IMG/VR virus record: IMGVR_UViG_3300029288_000118
Span: 1 to 64,000 of that record
Length of the DNA: 64,000 nucleotides
Source: a virus
Taxonomy: Duplodnaviria > Caudoviricetes
Strand: one strand, 5' to 3'
In this document: one piece after another, positions 35,463-45,960 of the stretch
Layout: the number at the start of each line of letters is the position of its first letter
Numbering within the stretch: position 1 is the stretch's first letter
Made by a program: the position numbers and the translations under genes
Notes under the pieces: model-generated
Told to the model about the DNA's origin: nothing
Databases searched by the model: none
Seen by the model: only the letters and a program-made list of their open reading frames with translations

Positions 35463-36580
35463 TGAAAAAGCTATACCTCAATACCGACAATATCCTTACG
35501 CTGGATTCGAGTTCAGCGCAGGTGGAAACTTACAAAGTAAGACTATCTCTTGTTGGCGAAGATGGCACGCTTCTCAAGGATAACAATGATCAGGATTTAA
35601 TTCTATTGAGCACAGGTACAGAGCCAAAGATTACTTTTGATTCCACACTCAGTAAATTTAAAGCGACAATCCATCTTGCAGACGATACAGCAAAACAATA
35701 TGTCAGAGCCTTCTGGATAGTAACAAACGAGAACGATATTCCGGTGGAGATATCAGGTTATTATCCAGAAGAGATATCGGTTGAAAATTCGCCAACCGAT
35801 TCAACACAAGTTTTTGACCCGCTGATAGTTCCAGCTCAATATTTCATCGATTCGTTTTTAGGTGCGGATCCGAGTATAAGTGAAGAACTCGTAAACGCGA
35901 TTGCGGCCATAAACGAGAAAAACCCGGATATAATTAAGAACGAATTACTTGCTTCCCAAGACTTACTCGAAGGAGACATCAGAACAAAATTTTTCAAAAC
36001 TCAATTTAATCTTGATCGAGACTGGAACGATGAAATATTTTATGCAAATTACTGGTTCCAACAAGTAGATTGGCTACCGTTGGTAAGTGTGGATAGCTAC
36101 AAATTGATATACGGCAATCAAAACATTGAGTTATCTAATGATCTTGCAAGCAGTATGAAAGTAGATAAAACTCAGGGTACTATAGAATGGTTGCCTACAA
36201 TTGTTTCAGGGAATTTATTCACGATCATCATTTCGACGGTTAGTGCTCTGGCTATTTCTATGGTTGCGATGGGTGAAAGATCACGTATTCCAGGATTGTT
36301 TAGAATAGTTTACACGGCGGGCATGGATTTTCCCAATCTGCCTGTACAGAAAAAGGAAAGAATCCGGAGGCTCATTTCACGTCATTGTTTTTGTCAGATA
36401 ATGCCGAGAATAGATCAGTTAATAAGAGAAACGAGTTTGAGCCAGTCTATTGATGGTGCAAGTTTGAGTAGATCCAGCGGAGTGCCGGACATAATCAAAC
36501 AATTCAAAGAAGACGAGTTAAGAGATATAGCCTTATTCCAAAAAGAACTGGGAACAAACATAGCGATCGCGGTGAGTTAG
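35462..36580 (+). CDS. Head-tail adaptor / neck protein
   Basis: RIPGLFRIVYTAG...SQSIDGAS motifs; position after capsid gene. Confidence 0.65.
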   Translation: MKKLYLNTDNILTLDSSSAQVETYKVRLSLVGEDGTLLKDNNDQDLILLSTGTEPKITFDSTLSKFKATIHLADDTAKQYVRAFWIVTNENDIPVEISGYYPEEISVENSPTDSTQVFDPLIVPAQYFIDSFLGADPSISEELVNAIAAINEKNPDIIKNELLASQDLLEGDIRTKFFKTQFNLDRDWNDEIFYANYWFQQVDWLPLVSVDSYKLIYGNQNIELSNDLASSMKVDKTQGTIEWLPTIVSGNLFTIIISTVSALAISMVAMGERSRIPGLFRIVYTAGMDFPNLPVQKKERIRRLISRHCFCQIMPRIDQLIRETSLSQSIDGASLSRSSGVPDIIKQFKEDELRDIALFQKELGTNIAIAVS

Positions 36581-36582
36581 AA

Positions 36583-37452
36583 ATGAATAGTATTATTTGG
36601 CGTAATGTCGACGTAAACAGAATGTTCAAAACTTTTGGCGTTCAATGCTATTATTATGAAGCCAGGATAGCACCGGATCAGCGATATGGACAAACAAAAC
36701 TCGAAAGCGATGCTATACACGGTTTTAGATATAACGATCCGGTTGAAGAGCGATTAATGCGGACATCAATCAGCCAGCGAATAATTCTCAGTGAGCACGG
36801 CAGAATGTATCAAGGAGGTGCACGATTTACAATCCCGCCGGTTAAACTCGTAAATGGGATATATCAAGCTGTGTCCATGCATGAACGGGCTTTTCTCGGA
36901 GATGTTATAGTAATGAAAACAAAATCCATGAGAGATTTTGATATTTTAAAAAAGGGTTATAGAGATCAAATATTTGCATTCGATATAAAAAAGATTTTAA
37001 GTGTTTCATCGGTTGACAATCAAGGGGAAGAACATATATATACCTATGATACGGATTACACTATAACTATTAACGGTAAAAGTGTTTCTCTCTCCGATGG
37101 AGGAACTCCGATAGGAGAAGGGGAATTTGGAGTGGTGTTATTCGGTGGAAGCGACGTGGTTGAGATAGTGACCGCACACAACAATAATATTGTGAATACG
37201 ATAATGATTGTCTGGAAGGAAAACGGCAATCATCCGGCTGAAGGTGAAAATTATACCGTTGAATTTTTATGTAGTCCGAATTATATCATATTTGACTATA
37301 GTGACAAAATAAGGTCTACCGAAGAGAATAATTTACCGAGAACTGTTATGTGTGTAAAAAGAGCGTATTTTAATCCTGTAAAACCTAAAATGGATGAAGT
37401 TGAACTCCGTCAGCCAATTATGGATACGCAGTCAGAGGTATATGATTCTTAA
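36583..37452 (+). CDS. Neck / head closure protein
   Basis: Position; DYTI...IVWK...PAEGENYTVEF..PNY. Confidence 0.55.
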   Translation: MNSIIWRNVDVNRMFKTFGVQCYYYEARIAPDQRYGQTKLESDAIHGFRYNDPVEERLMRTSISQRIILSEHGRMYQGGARFTIPPVKLVNGIYQAVSMHERAFLGDVIVMKTKSMRDFDILKKGYRDQIFAFDIKKILSVSSVDNQGEEHIYTYDTDYTITINGKSVSLSDGGTPIGEGEFGVVLFGGSDVVEIVTAHNNNIVNTIMIVWKENGNHPAEGENYTVEFLCSPNYIIFDYSDKIRSTEENNLPRTVMCVKRAYFNPVKPKMDEVELRQPIMDTQSEVYDS

Positions 37453-37472
37453 ATATTTAGGAGAATATTAAA

Positions 37473-37925
37473 ATGCCAATCCCATTACCCCCGTCTGGTG
37501 AAATAATGGTTGATCAAGAACATTATAATCCAGTAGTAGCATATTATGATGCGGATACAAACACGATTATAAATGTGACTCCAGACACACCGTTGCCTGT
37601 GAGTGCAAGTGTTACACTTGAATCTGAAACATTAAAAATTATCGAAGAAGTAGAAGTCACGGTCACAACCGCAGGCACGCCAGTGGCATTGCCGTCGAAC
37701 ACGAGCGCGAAGGCCGTGATTGTCTATAATAACAATACTAATGGAGTGAAAGTGTGTGTCGGGCTTCAGGCTACAGTTGATGCGACAGTGGATCCAATTG
37801 TAGGCATACCTTTAGCGTTAGCCTATTCTAATTCCGGGCAAATAAATGTGAATGAAAATTCTAATGAGATATATGTAGATGCGAGCATAAACGGTACAAA
37901 AGTTACATGCCATATTTTAGGATAA
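37473..37925 (+). CDS. Virion-associated protein, paralogue of 58478..58972
   Basis: Shared AGTPVALPSNTSAKAVIVYN and NEIYVDASINGTK. Confidence 0.7.
   Translation: MPIPLPPSGEIMVDQEHYNPVVAYYDADTNTIINVTPDTPLPVSASVTLESETLKIIEEVEVTVTTAGTPVALPSNTSAKAVIVYNNNTNGVKVCVGLQATVDATVDPIVGIPLALAYSNSGQINVNENSNEIYVDASINGTKVTCHILG
37671..37730 (+). repeat. 60-bp repeat, copy 1
   Basis: 58/60 identical to 58721-58780. Confidence 0.9.
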
Positions 37926-37930
37926 AAACT

Positions 37931-40900
37931 ATGAAAAAGTTATTATCAATTATATTCCTATTATTTATCACAATCCAGATAGGCTTCAGTCAAGGTAGCT
38001 ATTGGAATCTGGTGATGAACAAACTTGTGCCAATAAATTCGAGCTGGAAGCTGGCAGATTCTTTAATCACTGGGACCCGATTCTTACTCGCGAGCGATTC
38101 AACGGGTGATAACGGATATACGAAGAACTGGAAACTGGGAGGGTATCAACCTATAAGTAATAATCTTACAATCTATGCAGGTATTACTCCAAGTGCTGAT
38201 GCTCAGACATTACTTAGTAGAACATTTGCTCAAATGCGGGCTGATATAGGTGCATCAGATTCGACTATTTCAAGAGACACCACTTATTCTGAAAGTGTCA
38301 GTCAAATAACTGAAGGAGATAATATAACTGTTGAGAAGCATGGTAAAGGATATAAAATCAATTCTACTGGTGGTTCAGACTTTAATGTCTGCGATTCAAC
38401 ATTAGTGTTCAATATAAACAGTTTTCCCGGTGTGGACGCAACGGGGGCAGACACATGCCAAACATCTATACGATCTGCAATAGATTACGTTACCTCGCTT
38501 GGTGGGAAGATTTATTTCCCGCCAACAGGAATTTATTTAGTTCGAGGCAGGTGTCTTAATTATCAGAGTAAAGCCGCTCTTAACGTTGAAACAGTAATTG
38601 AAGCTGGTATTAATCTGCCAAGCAATGCACATTTAATTCTTGACGGTACAATACAAGTCATGACCGATACACTTGCGATTAACTGTCCTATTCTGATTTC
38701 TAATGGAGTTAAAAATGTAACAATCGAAGGCAGAGGGAAAATCAGAGGAGATAGAACTACTCACGATTTTACAAAAGATCAAGAGATTAGTACTACGCAT
38801 GAGTTTGGACACTTAATAGTAATGGGAAACTGCGATAGCATTGTTATCAGAGATATAAACCTTGTTGGGGCTACGGGTGATGGCATATGCATATATAGGC
38901 AAGGTCAAGTGTATTTGGAATATTTCAATTATACAAGAAATTTCCCGACCAACGTATTAATTGATAATGTGCAAATAGATTCTTGCCGCAGAGTTGGGAT
39001 AAATAACTGCTTTGGCGAATATATAACTATACGTAATTGCAAATTTAATTATATCGGTATAGACGATGGCTATGAAGATGGTGTCGCACCTCGTGCAGCG
39101 ATTAATCATGAATCTGGTCTTGGTAAAAAAGCAGAGCACATAAAGATTGAAGGTGGCTTTAGTGTTGGCTGTAGGGGTGGGGTTAATTTATTCGACGCCA
39201 ATTACATAGTCTGTCAGGGTTTCATTACCGATGCTGTAATAGCAATGGGCTACGCTTGCAATGGTTCTATCACTGGTTGTGTGGCAAAGTCAATAAGCAG
39301 TATAGGTGCAAGACCTAACAGTCATGGTGAGTTCACCTATGCTGGCGATTCTTTGTCAATCACAACCGATGCAAATCATGGTTACTCGGTAGGCGATTCT
39401 GTATCTATGGATATTTTAGTTTCAACAACAAAATACAAAATTGCAGGTGGGACATTTGTTATTACTTCTTCTGCCGCCGCAGATGAGTTTGTAGTGCATA
39501 AAACATCGCTTGGCGCAACGTCTGGATATGTTAGACTATTGGGTAGATATACTGTAACCGATGATGTTGTACACGTAGAATTTCCATACACGCACGACTT
39601 GGGGCCGGGAGAACCAATACATGTAACCTACCGACACTCTAATGGTATTGTGCAATACAATGGAGACGGAGATCCGGAAATGGGGAATTTCATTATCACG
39701 TCTATTGACTCGCCAACGAATGCTTCAAAAGGTTATTCGTATATAGACGCAGATGTAACTACGTCAGCAGGAGCGTTGTATGACCGATTCATCGAAAATA
39801 ATTTTGAAATTGCAAATAATACTATAACAAACGGTGGCATAGTTTTAGCGGGGCATAACGTAAATTGTCATCACAACATTATACAAAATGCGGAGAATGG
39901 TATTTATGCAACTGCTTTTTTCAACGGTAAAATATCAAATAATATTATCAGCAACGTAAACAAAGGTATATATGCCTCTATTGTTCAAACTGAAATTTCT
40001 GAAAATAAAATTTATAGTTCGGGTTCAACCGGAATACAATTAACCGGGGGAAGAGATATTACGTTGTCGGGTAATAAAATTTATGACAGTTATAGGGGGA
40101 TATATATTACAGGTTGTAGTGCGCCTCGTATTATTGATAATACAATAGACGTTACTGGATTTACAAAAACATCAGCCAACGACGGTATATATATATCTGC
40201 ATCTGATTCGGCGAGAATACTTTTGCAGGGCAATAAGTTAATAAATTATTCGGGTTCGCAAGGATTTGATATTGATGCAAAGGCAGATATTATAAATAAC
40301 TATATTATTGACTTTAAAGGCACAACAGCAATAGACCTTTCAGTATCGGGAGCGACAAGACAAAGAAATAATATAATGGATAACTACATTTCATTCACAC
40401 GTGGCTCCGCAGGTGGAACGGGAATCCTGACTTCAGGTGATTCATTGGCAATAATTAAGGGTAATACTATCTGGACTACAAATAGTAATGCGGTAACAAC
40501 AGGTATCAATACATCTGGTAGTGTATATAGTGCAATCAAACTTAATGTCTTACGCTCTGGTGCTATGACTCATCACGCAAGCGATACACTGCAACTTAAT
40601 CTTGTAGGTGACACTTTTGATCCGCCGCTGCCGGGATTGTATAAACATTTCTACGCCTTGATAGATACGCCCTTGTATAGATACACTCAGGATTCTATTA
40701 TTGCTCTGACATACAAAACAACGGAGGCAATTACTATCGCAGGTATTCAGATTTCCTGCGATGCCGATCCAACCACAGAAATTGCAGGTAATCTTGTTTA
40801 TGCTGATGATTTAATTACAAGAGCAAATCCGGTTATAATCAATTCAGTCAATACGGCAACTGGTGTGTTAACTGATGTTTCAATCACGAGTGCAAGTGTG

Positions 40901-40999
40901 GCAGCAGGTAAAGCGATATACTTACGTTTAACTGCTGAACCTGATGCGGCAACCAAATGGGTGTGTGTGGATGTGGTTTATAAAGCAGCCGGATACTAA
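37931..40999 (+). CDS. Right-handed beta-helix (pectate lyase-like) spike/depolymerase with Sec signal peptide
   Basis: GVDATGAD...AID...KIYFPPTGIY; many Asn-ladder repeats; N-terminus MKKLLSIIFLLFITIQIGFS|Q at ATG 37931. Confidence 0.8.
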   Translation: MKKLLSIIFLLFITIQIGFSQGSYWNLVMNKLVPINSSWKLADSLITGTRFLLASDSTGDNGYTKNWKLGGYQPISNNLTIYAGITPSADAQTLLSRTFAQMRADIGASDSTISRDTTYSESVSQITEGDNITVEKHGKGYKINSTGGSDFNVCDSTLVFNINSFPGVDATGADTCQTSIRSAIDYVTSLGGKIYFPPTGIYLVRGRCLNYQSKAALNVETVIEAGINLPSNAHLILDGTIQVMTDTLAINCPILISNGVKNVTIEGRGKIRGDRTTHDFTKDQEISTTHEFGHLIVMGNCDSIVIRDINLVGATGDGICIYRQGQVYLEYFNYTRNFPTNVLIDNVQIDSCRRVGINNCFGEYITIRNCKFNYIGIDDGYEDGVAPRAAINHESGLGKKAEHIKIEGGFSVGCRGGVNLFDANYIVCQGFITDAVIAMGYACNGSITGCVAKSISSIGARPNSHGEFTYAGDSLSITTDANHGYSVGDSVSMDILVSTTKYKIAGGTFVITSSAAADEFVVHKTSLGATSGYVRLLGRYTVTDDVVHVEFPYTHDLGPGEPIHVTYRHSNGIVQYNGDGDPEMGNFIITSIDSPTNASKGYSYIDADVTTSAGALYDRFIENNFEIANNTITNGGIVLAGHNVNCHHNIIQNAENGIYATAFFNGKISNNIISNVNKGIYASIVQTEISENKIYSSGSTGIQLTGGRDITLSGNKIYDSYRGIYITGCSAPRIIDNTIDVTGFTKTSANDGIYISASDSARILLQGNKLINYSGSQGFDIDAKADIINNYIIDFKGTTAIDLSVSGATRQRNNIMDNYISFTRGSAGGTGILTSGDSLAIIKGNTIWTTNSNAVTTGINTSGSVYSAIKLNVLRSGAMTHHASDTLQLNLVGDTFDPPLPGLYKHFYALIDTPLYRYTQDSIIALTYKTTEAITIAGIQISCDADPTTEIAGNLVYADDLITRANPVIINSVNTATGVLTDVSITSASVAAGKAIYLRLTAEPDAATKWVCVDVVYKAAGY

Positions 41000-41070
41000 A
41001 ATGAGCACAGATCTCTACGTCCGGCTTATTTTTAAGACTGAGATATTAATAAATTTCAAAGGAGTATCAA

Positions 41071-41787
41071 ATGCCAAACGATAGCAAAAAATCATTGAAA
41101 CCACCGAAGGAGTGGTGGGATAAAAAATATGCAGAGATCAAAAAGGGAAATCCGGATTATACAGACGAGCAAATTCGGTCAACCGTTGGAGCGATCTGGT
41201 ATAAAGAAATGTCTAAACACCAGCGAAGCGAAAAACGCGAAGCCGAAGGAAAAACTTATGGCAAAGCTCCGGAGGCGGGAATAAAAAAGTCTATTCCGAT
41301 GTTTTCTTTCATGCGGAAAAGTCAAAGTCATAGTCTCAAAGCAGAATTAGAAATGAATAAAGAAGAGTCTTCAATTCCGGCAATCGTATGTGAATATTAT
41401 GGGAAGAATGGGAGTTTTGAAGAACTGCGTGTAGTCACCGCGATGGAGGTCTTGGAAAGTCCTGATAAATACGACAGCCGGACCTTTGCGCTTCTAATTC
41501 GGAATCTTGGTCGAAAGCTCGTATACGAATATAGTTCAGATGGTCAAGTAAAATGTATACAAGTTATAATTGATCTGGCTGAAGAACTTGAAGAACGACT
41601 AAAAGAAGAAAAGAAGGCCAAAGAAAAAATACGAGAAGAGACAAAATCGGAACCCGTAATGCAAAGTAACTGGCAGAAGAAAGAAGAGTATTTTATGGGT
41701 AAAAGTATCATGGAGCTTCCAGTAGATGTTGATTGTATAGAAGACTATCTCAGCGATGCGCCTGAATTGGAACGCGATGGAGAGTAA
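41071..41787 (+). CDS. KS-motif protein, probable internal head protein
   Basis: KKSL, KKSIPMFSFMRKS, MGKS; AAGGAG RBS. Confidence 0.55.
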   Translation: MPNDSKKSLKPPKEWWDKKYAEIKKGNPDYTDEQIRSTVGAIWYKEMSKHQRSEKREAEGKTYGKAPEAGIKKSIPMFSFMRKSQSHSLKAELEMNKEESSIPAIVCEYYGKNGSFEELRVVTAMEVLESPDKYDSRTFALLIRNLGRKLVYEYSSDGQVKCIQVIIDLAEELEERLKEEKKAKEKIREETKSEPVMQSNWQKKEEYFMGKSIMELPVDVDCIEDYLSDAPELERDGE

Positions 41788-42677
41788 TGGCATACGAACT
41801 TACATATAATGATCCATTGATTATATCTTTTGATCTACCAGATAGATTGTTGGCATTTGTAGACCAATTCAAAGGAGACTTACAGAATTCTATCCCAGAG
41901 ATTATTTCTGTAACCGTAGATCAGCTTGAATTAATGTGGAAACAAGAGGCAAGTAATTCATTAAAAGATGCAAGCGGGTATAACACATCTTTTTCTCGTG
42001 AGGATATCTCTCCATTTCATGTAAGACTTGAAAACAACCATAAAGCTGTATGGTTTTTGGAATTAGGTACAAGCCCATTTGATATGAAGAGGATGCTCGA
42101 TACTGGAAGCAAAGTAAAAATGTCGCAAAAAGGGAATCGATATATCCGGATTCCATTTGAGGGTAAAGTCAAAGACTATATAGCCGGAGGGGTATCTCAG
42201 AAAGATATCCAGCGGATGAAAGGGTCAAGATTTTCGATAGATGATCAAGGGCGGAGAATAACTTTATACGGTGATAGATTGCATACGAATGTTGGAATAA
42301 AGAGAAAATATTTTACAGTCCTCAACGCGCCGAGAAGTAAATTTCCGAACAAAACAAATTCTCCGAACATGGGCTTTGCTCCGTATACAGAATACAAGTC
42401 AGCAACAACAATTGACTATACCTGGAAGTCTTCTCCGTATGAAGGTGCAATTAAGATGGTAGATTTTCAAGGAAAAACAATAGGAATGCAGACATTCAGG
42501 ACTATATCTGATAACAGTGATCCCGAAAGCTGGATCCATCCGGGAATCAGAGCATCACACATTGCTGAAAAAGCTGTAAATGCAGTTAAACCCCAGTTTG
42601 ATGCCGAGATAAGTAGGGTATTACAACCTATATTTGACAATTTTGAACAATCATTTAAAAATGCTGGTTTCGATTAG
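41787..42677 (+). CDS. Neck / tail completion protein
   Basis: LELGTSPFDMK...YIRIPF...FRTISDNSDPESWIHPG. Confidence 0.7.
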   Translation: MAYELTYNDPLIISFDLPDRLLAFVDQFKGDLQNSIPEIISVTVDQLELMWKQEASNSLKDASGYNTSFSREDISPFHVRLENNHKAVWFLELGTSPFDMKRMLDTGSKVKMSQKGNRYIRIPFEGKVKDYIAGGVSQKDIQRMKGSRFSIDDQGRRITLYGDRLHTNVGIKRKYFTVLNAPRSKFPNKTNSPNMGFAPYTEYKSATTIDYTWKSSPYEGAIKMVDFQGKTIGMQTFRTISDNSDPESWIHPGIRASHIAEKAVNAVKPQFDAEISRVLQPIFDNFEQSFKNAGFD

Positions 42678-42711
42678 CCGGTTTCTCCCCTGCCTAAGCT
42701 ATTCGTGCCAG

Positions 42712-42743
42712 AAAGCCCTATTAGATAGGGCTTTTTTGTTTTT
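42712..42743 (+). terminator. Rho-independent terminator
   Basis: AAAGCCCTAT-TAG-ATAGGGCTTT followed by TTTGTTTTT. Confidence 0.85.
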
Positions 42744-42791
42744 CCGCTATCTACCACAAGGTGAAATGTGTAAAAACTATATTTGTATAGA
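42742..42791 (+). promoter_or_regulatory. Putative late promoter, copy 2 (tail operon)
   Basis: TTCCGCTATCTACCACAAGGTGAAA-N15-TTTGTATAGA directly after the terminator. Confidence 0.7.
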
Positions 42792-42832
42792 ACTTTTGAT
42801 TTACTTTGCTTCATTTAACAACAAAATAAATA

Positions 42833-43756
42833 ATGGCAACTGAACCATTAACATCATTCACCGTGATCAATGATGCAAGAGGATACGGTGGAATTCTTTT
42901 CCTCAACTGGATCTATCCCGATAATTTACCAACAAGTTGGAAACTCTATATTTTTAAAAAGCAAGGTTCGTATGTAACAACCGAACAAATAAACGACTAC
43001 TTCAGTGGTTCACTTGATAGCACAGAACTCGACAAACTTGGAATTTATGTCTATAACAATTTGCCGATGAAAACAGGTTTTCTCGGATTAAAAGACTTTG
43101 TTGTAGAAAATTCAAAAGAATACTTTTACAAAGCCTTAATACGAGATACGGCACTGAACGTCAACTCAGAGATACTTTCTGCAAGCTGTAAGCCTGAGAG
43201 CAATATTTATATACGAGTGTTCGATTCAAAGGATATAGTTGCAAAAGCTGTGGAGAAAACATTGCAGGCTGTAAAAACCGTAAGTGGATTCCATCCGCAA
43301 ATAGAGAGAGATATTAGAGTTTTTAAATCTCATAACGAGAGACAGAACGAAGACAATTTTTTCGTCGTAAGCCGTGTAAGCGGACAGAATATTAATCGTA
43401 CACTATCGAATATTATTGCTGAATTAGAAGATGCAAAATTATTAGGTCAAATAGATTACGATGTTTTACAGGTCGAATGGATATGTATTGGTGTAGGCGA
43501 ACGAAGGGACAAATATAGCCTGATCATGAAAGTTATGAGACCTATATTTGAGCATTTCGCAATTCAATTAGGGGACGGTGCGGTAGGTAAGGTAGAAACA
43601 ATTATGCTCGGCGATAGTGACATTCGATATGGTGGAGACACTGGAGCACCAGCACTTCGCGGAGTAATGAATGTAGTGATTCAATTGGAGCAACTGGTTC
43701 AAATTGGCAGGTCAGACGTGGGAAGCTGGGAAGAAATTCAAAATACTTATTCTTAG
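42833..43756 (+). CDS. Probable tail terminator protein
   Basis: Position before sheath; FN3-like N-terminal half. Confidence 0.5.
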   Translation: MATEPLTSFTVINDARGYGGILFLNWIYPDNLPTSWKLYIFKKQGSYVTTEQINDYFSGSLDSTELDKLGIYVYNNLPMKTGFLGLKDFVVENSKEYFYKALIRDTALNVNSEILSASCKPESNIYIRVFDSKDIVAKAVEKTLQAVKTVSGFHPQIERDIRVFKSHNERQNEDNFFVVSRVSGQNINRTLSNIIAELEDAKLLGQIDYDVLQVEWICIGVGERRDKYSLIMKVMRPIFEHFAIQLGDGAVGKVETIMLGDSDIRYGGDTGAPALRGVMNVVIQLEQLVQIGRSDVGSWEEIQNTYS

Positions 43757-43765
43757 GAGAGTATC

Positions 43766-43978
43766 ATGAGTAAAACAAATCGTTCTCGACAATCACAATC
43801 GCAATTGCAAAGCAACAATGTTGACAGAATTGATCTTCATACATTTATTAATATTAAAGGTTATTCTGTAGCAATTGAAAACAGGATTAAGATATTCTTG
43901 GGTAATAAATTATCCGAGAGAACAACTGAAGAATGGGAAAACGTCTATTCACAGGCAATGAATCGAATAACAAAGTAA
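43766..43978 (+). CDS. Small protein preceding sheath
   Basis: AGGAG RBS; position. Confidence 0.6.
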   Translation: MSKTNRSRQSQSQLQSNNVDRIDLHTFINIKGYSVAIENRIKIFLGNKLSERTTEEWENVYSQAMNRITK

Positions 43979-44004
43979 TTAAAAATTTCTAAGGAGATAA
44001 AACA

Positions 44005-45945
44005 ATGTTAATATTAGGCAGTCAAACTATTCTCGTGCCAGGTGTCTGGGCGATAACAAAAATTATCCAAGAAGGCGGAAACGCGCTTCCGATCTTCAAT
44101 GTTGGAGTTATAATTGGAGAAGGGGTGAGAGGTGTGCCGTATACGCCAGGACATGGTGCAAGCCCGACAATGACGGCAGATGAATTTATTCTCCCGTTTA
44201 CGAACACTACTGATTTAATTAACCAAGCAGGATTCGAGGGAGATGCTAACGCAGTGACCTTCATGCGTTATGCAAAAAAGAAAGGTGCTGGCAAGGTTTA
44301 TTTTCTAAATGTCCGGCCTTTAACAGGGATGAGGGGTGGCGTGGTGCAAAATGCGGTTACAGGTGCGGTATTGACAGTATCTATTGGTGCGGGTGGAACA
44401 GGATATCGAGTAGCTGATATTCTGACAATTACTGGAGGTGGAGGAAATTGTACTCTGAGAGTAGCAACGATTGATACAGGCGGTGTGGTCTTAACCGTGA
44501 CAATTGTCTTTGCGGGTTCCGGTTATAGCACGGGCGATGGAAATGCAACCACAGCGGATCCAGCGGGTGGAAGCGGGTGTACAATAGATATTGACTCGGT
44601 TGATACCGGCCAGAACTGCTTGACATTTGCATCCAGAGATTATGGTGCATTTGTCAACGACACATCGTTGACGATTGCAACATCCATACACACGATCATT
44701 CCGCCAAAGAACTGCACTCTTTTAACAGCGAATAGCGGTACCGGAAAGACGATAGAAGTTGGTGACGTAGGAGCTTTTAAGGTTGGAGAAACAGTATACC
44801 TCACGAGTAATGCCTATGCAGCTCCAGTAGCAGAAGTTATAGAGGCAATTAATTACGATACGAATGAAATAACATTCGAGGATGCTATATCAGTATCGGC
44901 ATTGACCTCTGATTATGCACGTATCTTCCAGGAAGACACGGACAACGAAGAGGTGAGTGATGCCCTCACTACCAAACAATTGGTAGAAGAATTTTATGCA
45001 ACATCAAAATATTTATCCGTCGAAGTATCAGCGGGTATCACGGTAATGCCTGTAACAAAATCGAAGACTTATATTCAAAACCTTACGAGTGCAACAAAAG
45101 CAACGACTCCAGCGACACAAGCAAGCGACTGGCAAAATGTGGCAGATGATTTCAACCGATGGAACAATGAATTCGCGCTTGTCAATAAAGTATATTTAAG
45201 AGTGCTCGGTTTGACAACAACAGACAGTGCAAATCATGCAGCATTCTCGGCGTTAGCTATTGCTCAACGTGCTCTCAACAAGCCGATTGCAGTAGTAGCA
45301 GGATGTGAATTAGGTGATTATGCACTGGCAACTTCAAATGCTGATTCATCGATTGCTCGTGCCAGAGCATTAAACGATGAGAATTTTCAACTGGCAGAAG
45401 TTGGACTCGACGGATATTCGGCTGGGCTTTCTTTGGCCGGTGAGTTATTCGGAATGCGATTAGCTAACAGTGTTAATCATAATCAAACATGGGACGAAGT
45501 AGTTGCATCGTCAGTTGAAAAATTTTATTTCCAGGATGATGCGGATTATGAAACGCGGATAATTTCCGGAGTTGTGACAATACTTGCGACAAAAGACGGA
45601 TTCAAAATATCGCAAGGCGTTAATACTTATCAGGATCAATCCACGACATTTAATGAAAACACGAAGAAAACATATCTTATCCAGAATAGGGATGTAGCTG
45701 ATTTTGATTTAAGAGCTATGATTGAACTATTAGAAACAGCGAACGGTCAGGACGGATTGACAAAAGAATCGCTTGCTAACCTGGTAGTTAAACAAAGCGA
45801 TATCCTTGTATCGGGCGGGATAATAACTTCATACTCGATAACCGACATCACAAAATCAGGTAACGCTTGGACCGTGAAACGTCAGGCAAGTGTTGATAGT
45901 CCGACAGACTTTATAGGTCTTGAAAATACAATTTTGGTAAACTAA
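44005..45945 (+). CDS. Tail sheath protein
   Basis: VPGVW...IIGE..RGVP...SRDYG...ISQGVNTY...PTDFI. Confidence 0.85.
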   Translation: MLILGSQTILVPGVWAITKIIQEGGNALPIFNVGVIIGEGVRGVPYTPGHGASPTMTADEFILPFTNTTDLINQAGFEGDANAVTFMRYAKKKGAGKVYFLNVRPLTGMRGGVVQNAVTGAVLTVSIGAGGTGYRVADILTITGGGGNCTLRVATIDTGGVVLTVTIVFAGSGYSTGDGNATTADPAGGSGCTIDIDSVDTGQNCLTFASRDYGAFVNDTSLTIATSIHTIIPPKNCTLLTANSGTGKTIEVGDVGAFKVGETVYLTSNAYAAPVAEVIEAINYDTNEITFEDAISVSALTSDYARIFQEDTDNEEVSDALTTKQLVEEFYATSKYLSVEVSAGITVMPVTKSKTYIQNLTSATKATTPATQASDWQNVADDFNRWNNEFALVNKVYLRVLGLTTTDSANHAAFSALAIAQRALNKPIAVVAGCELGDYALATSNADSSIARARALNDENFQLAEVGLDGYSAGLSLAGELFGMRLANSVNHNQTWDEVVASSVEKFYFQDDADYETRIISGVVTILATKDGFKISQGVNTYQDQSTTFNENTKKTYLIQNRDVADFDLRAMIELLETANGQDGLTKESLANLVVKQSDILVSGGIITSYSITDITKSGNAWTVKRQASVDSPTDFIGLENTILVN

Positions 45946-45960
45946 TGAGGAGATAAAATT

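Noticed and set aside
30215-42766. 25-bp direct repeat as att sites or CRISPR repeats
   Set aside because: Only two copies 12.5 kb apart, enclosing essential head genes, with no integrase or cas genes; a promoter role fits better.
42634-42843. 69-aa ORF across the neck/tail junction
   Set aside because: Spans a terminator and the repeated promoter box; likely spurious.
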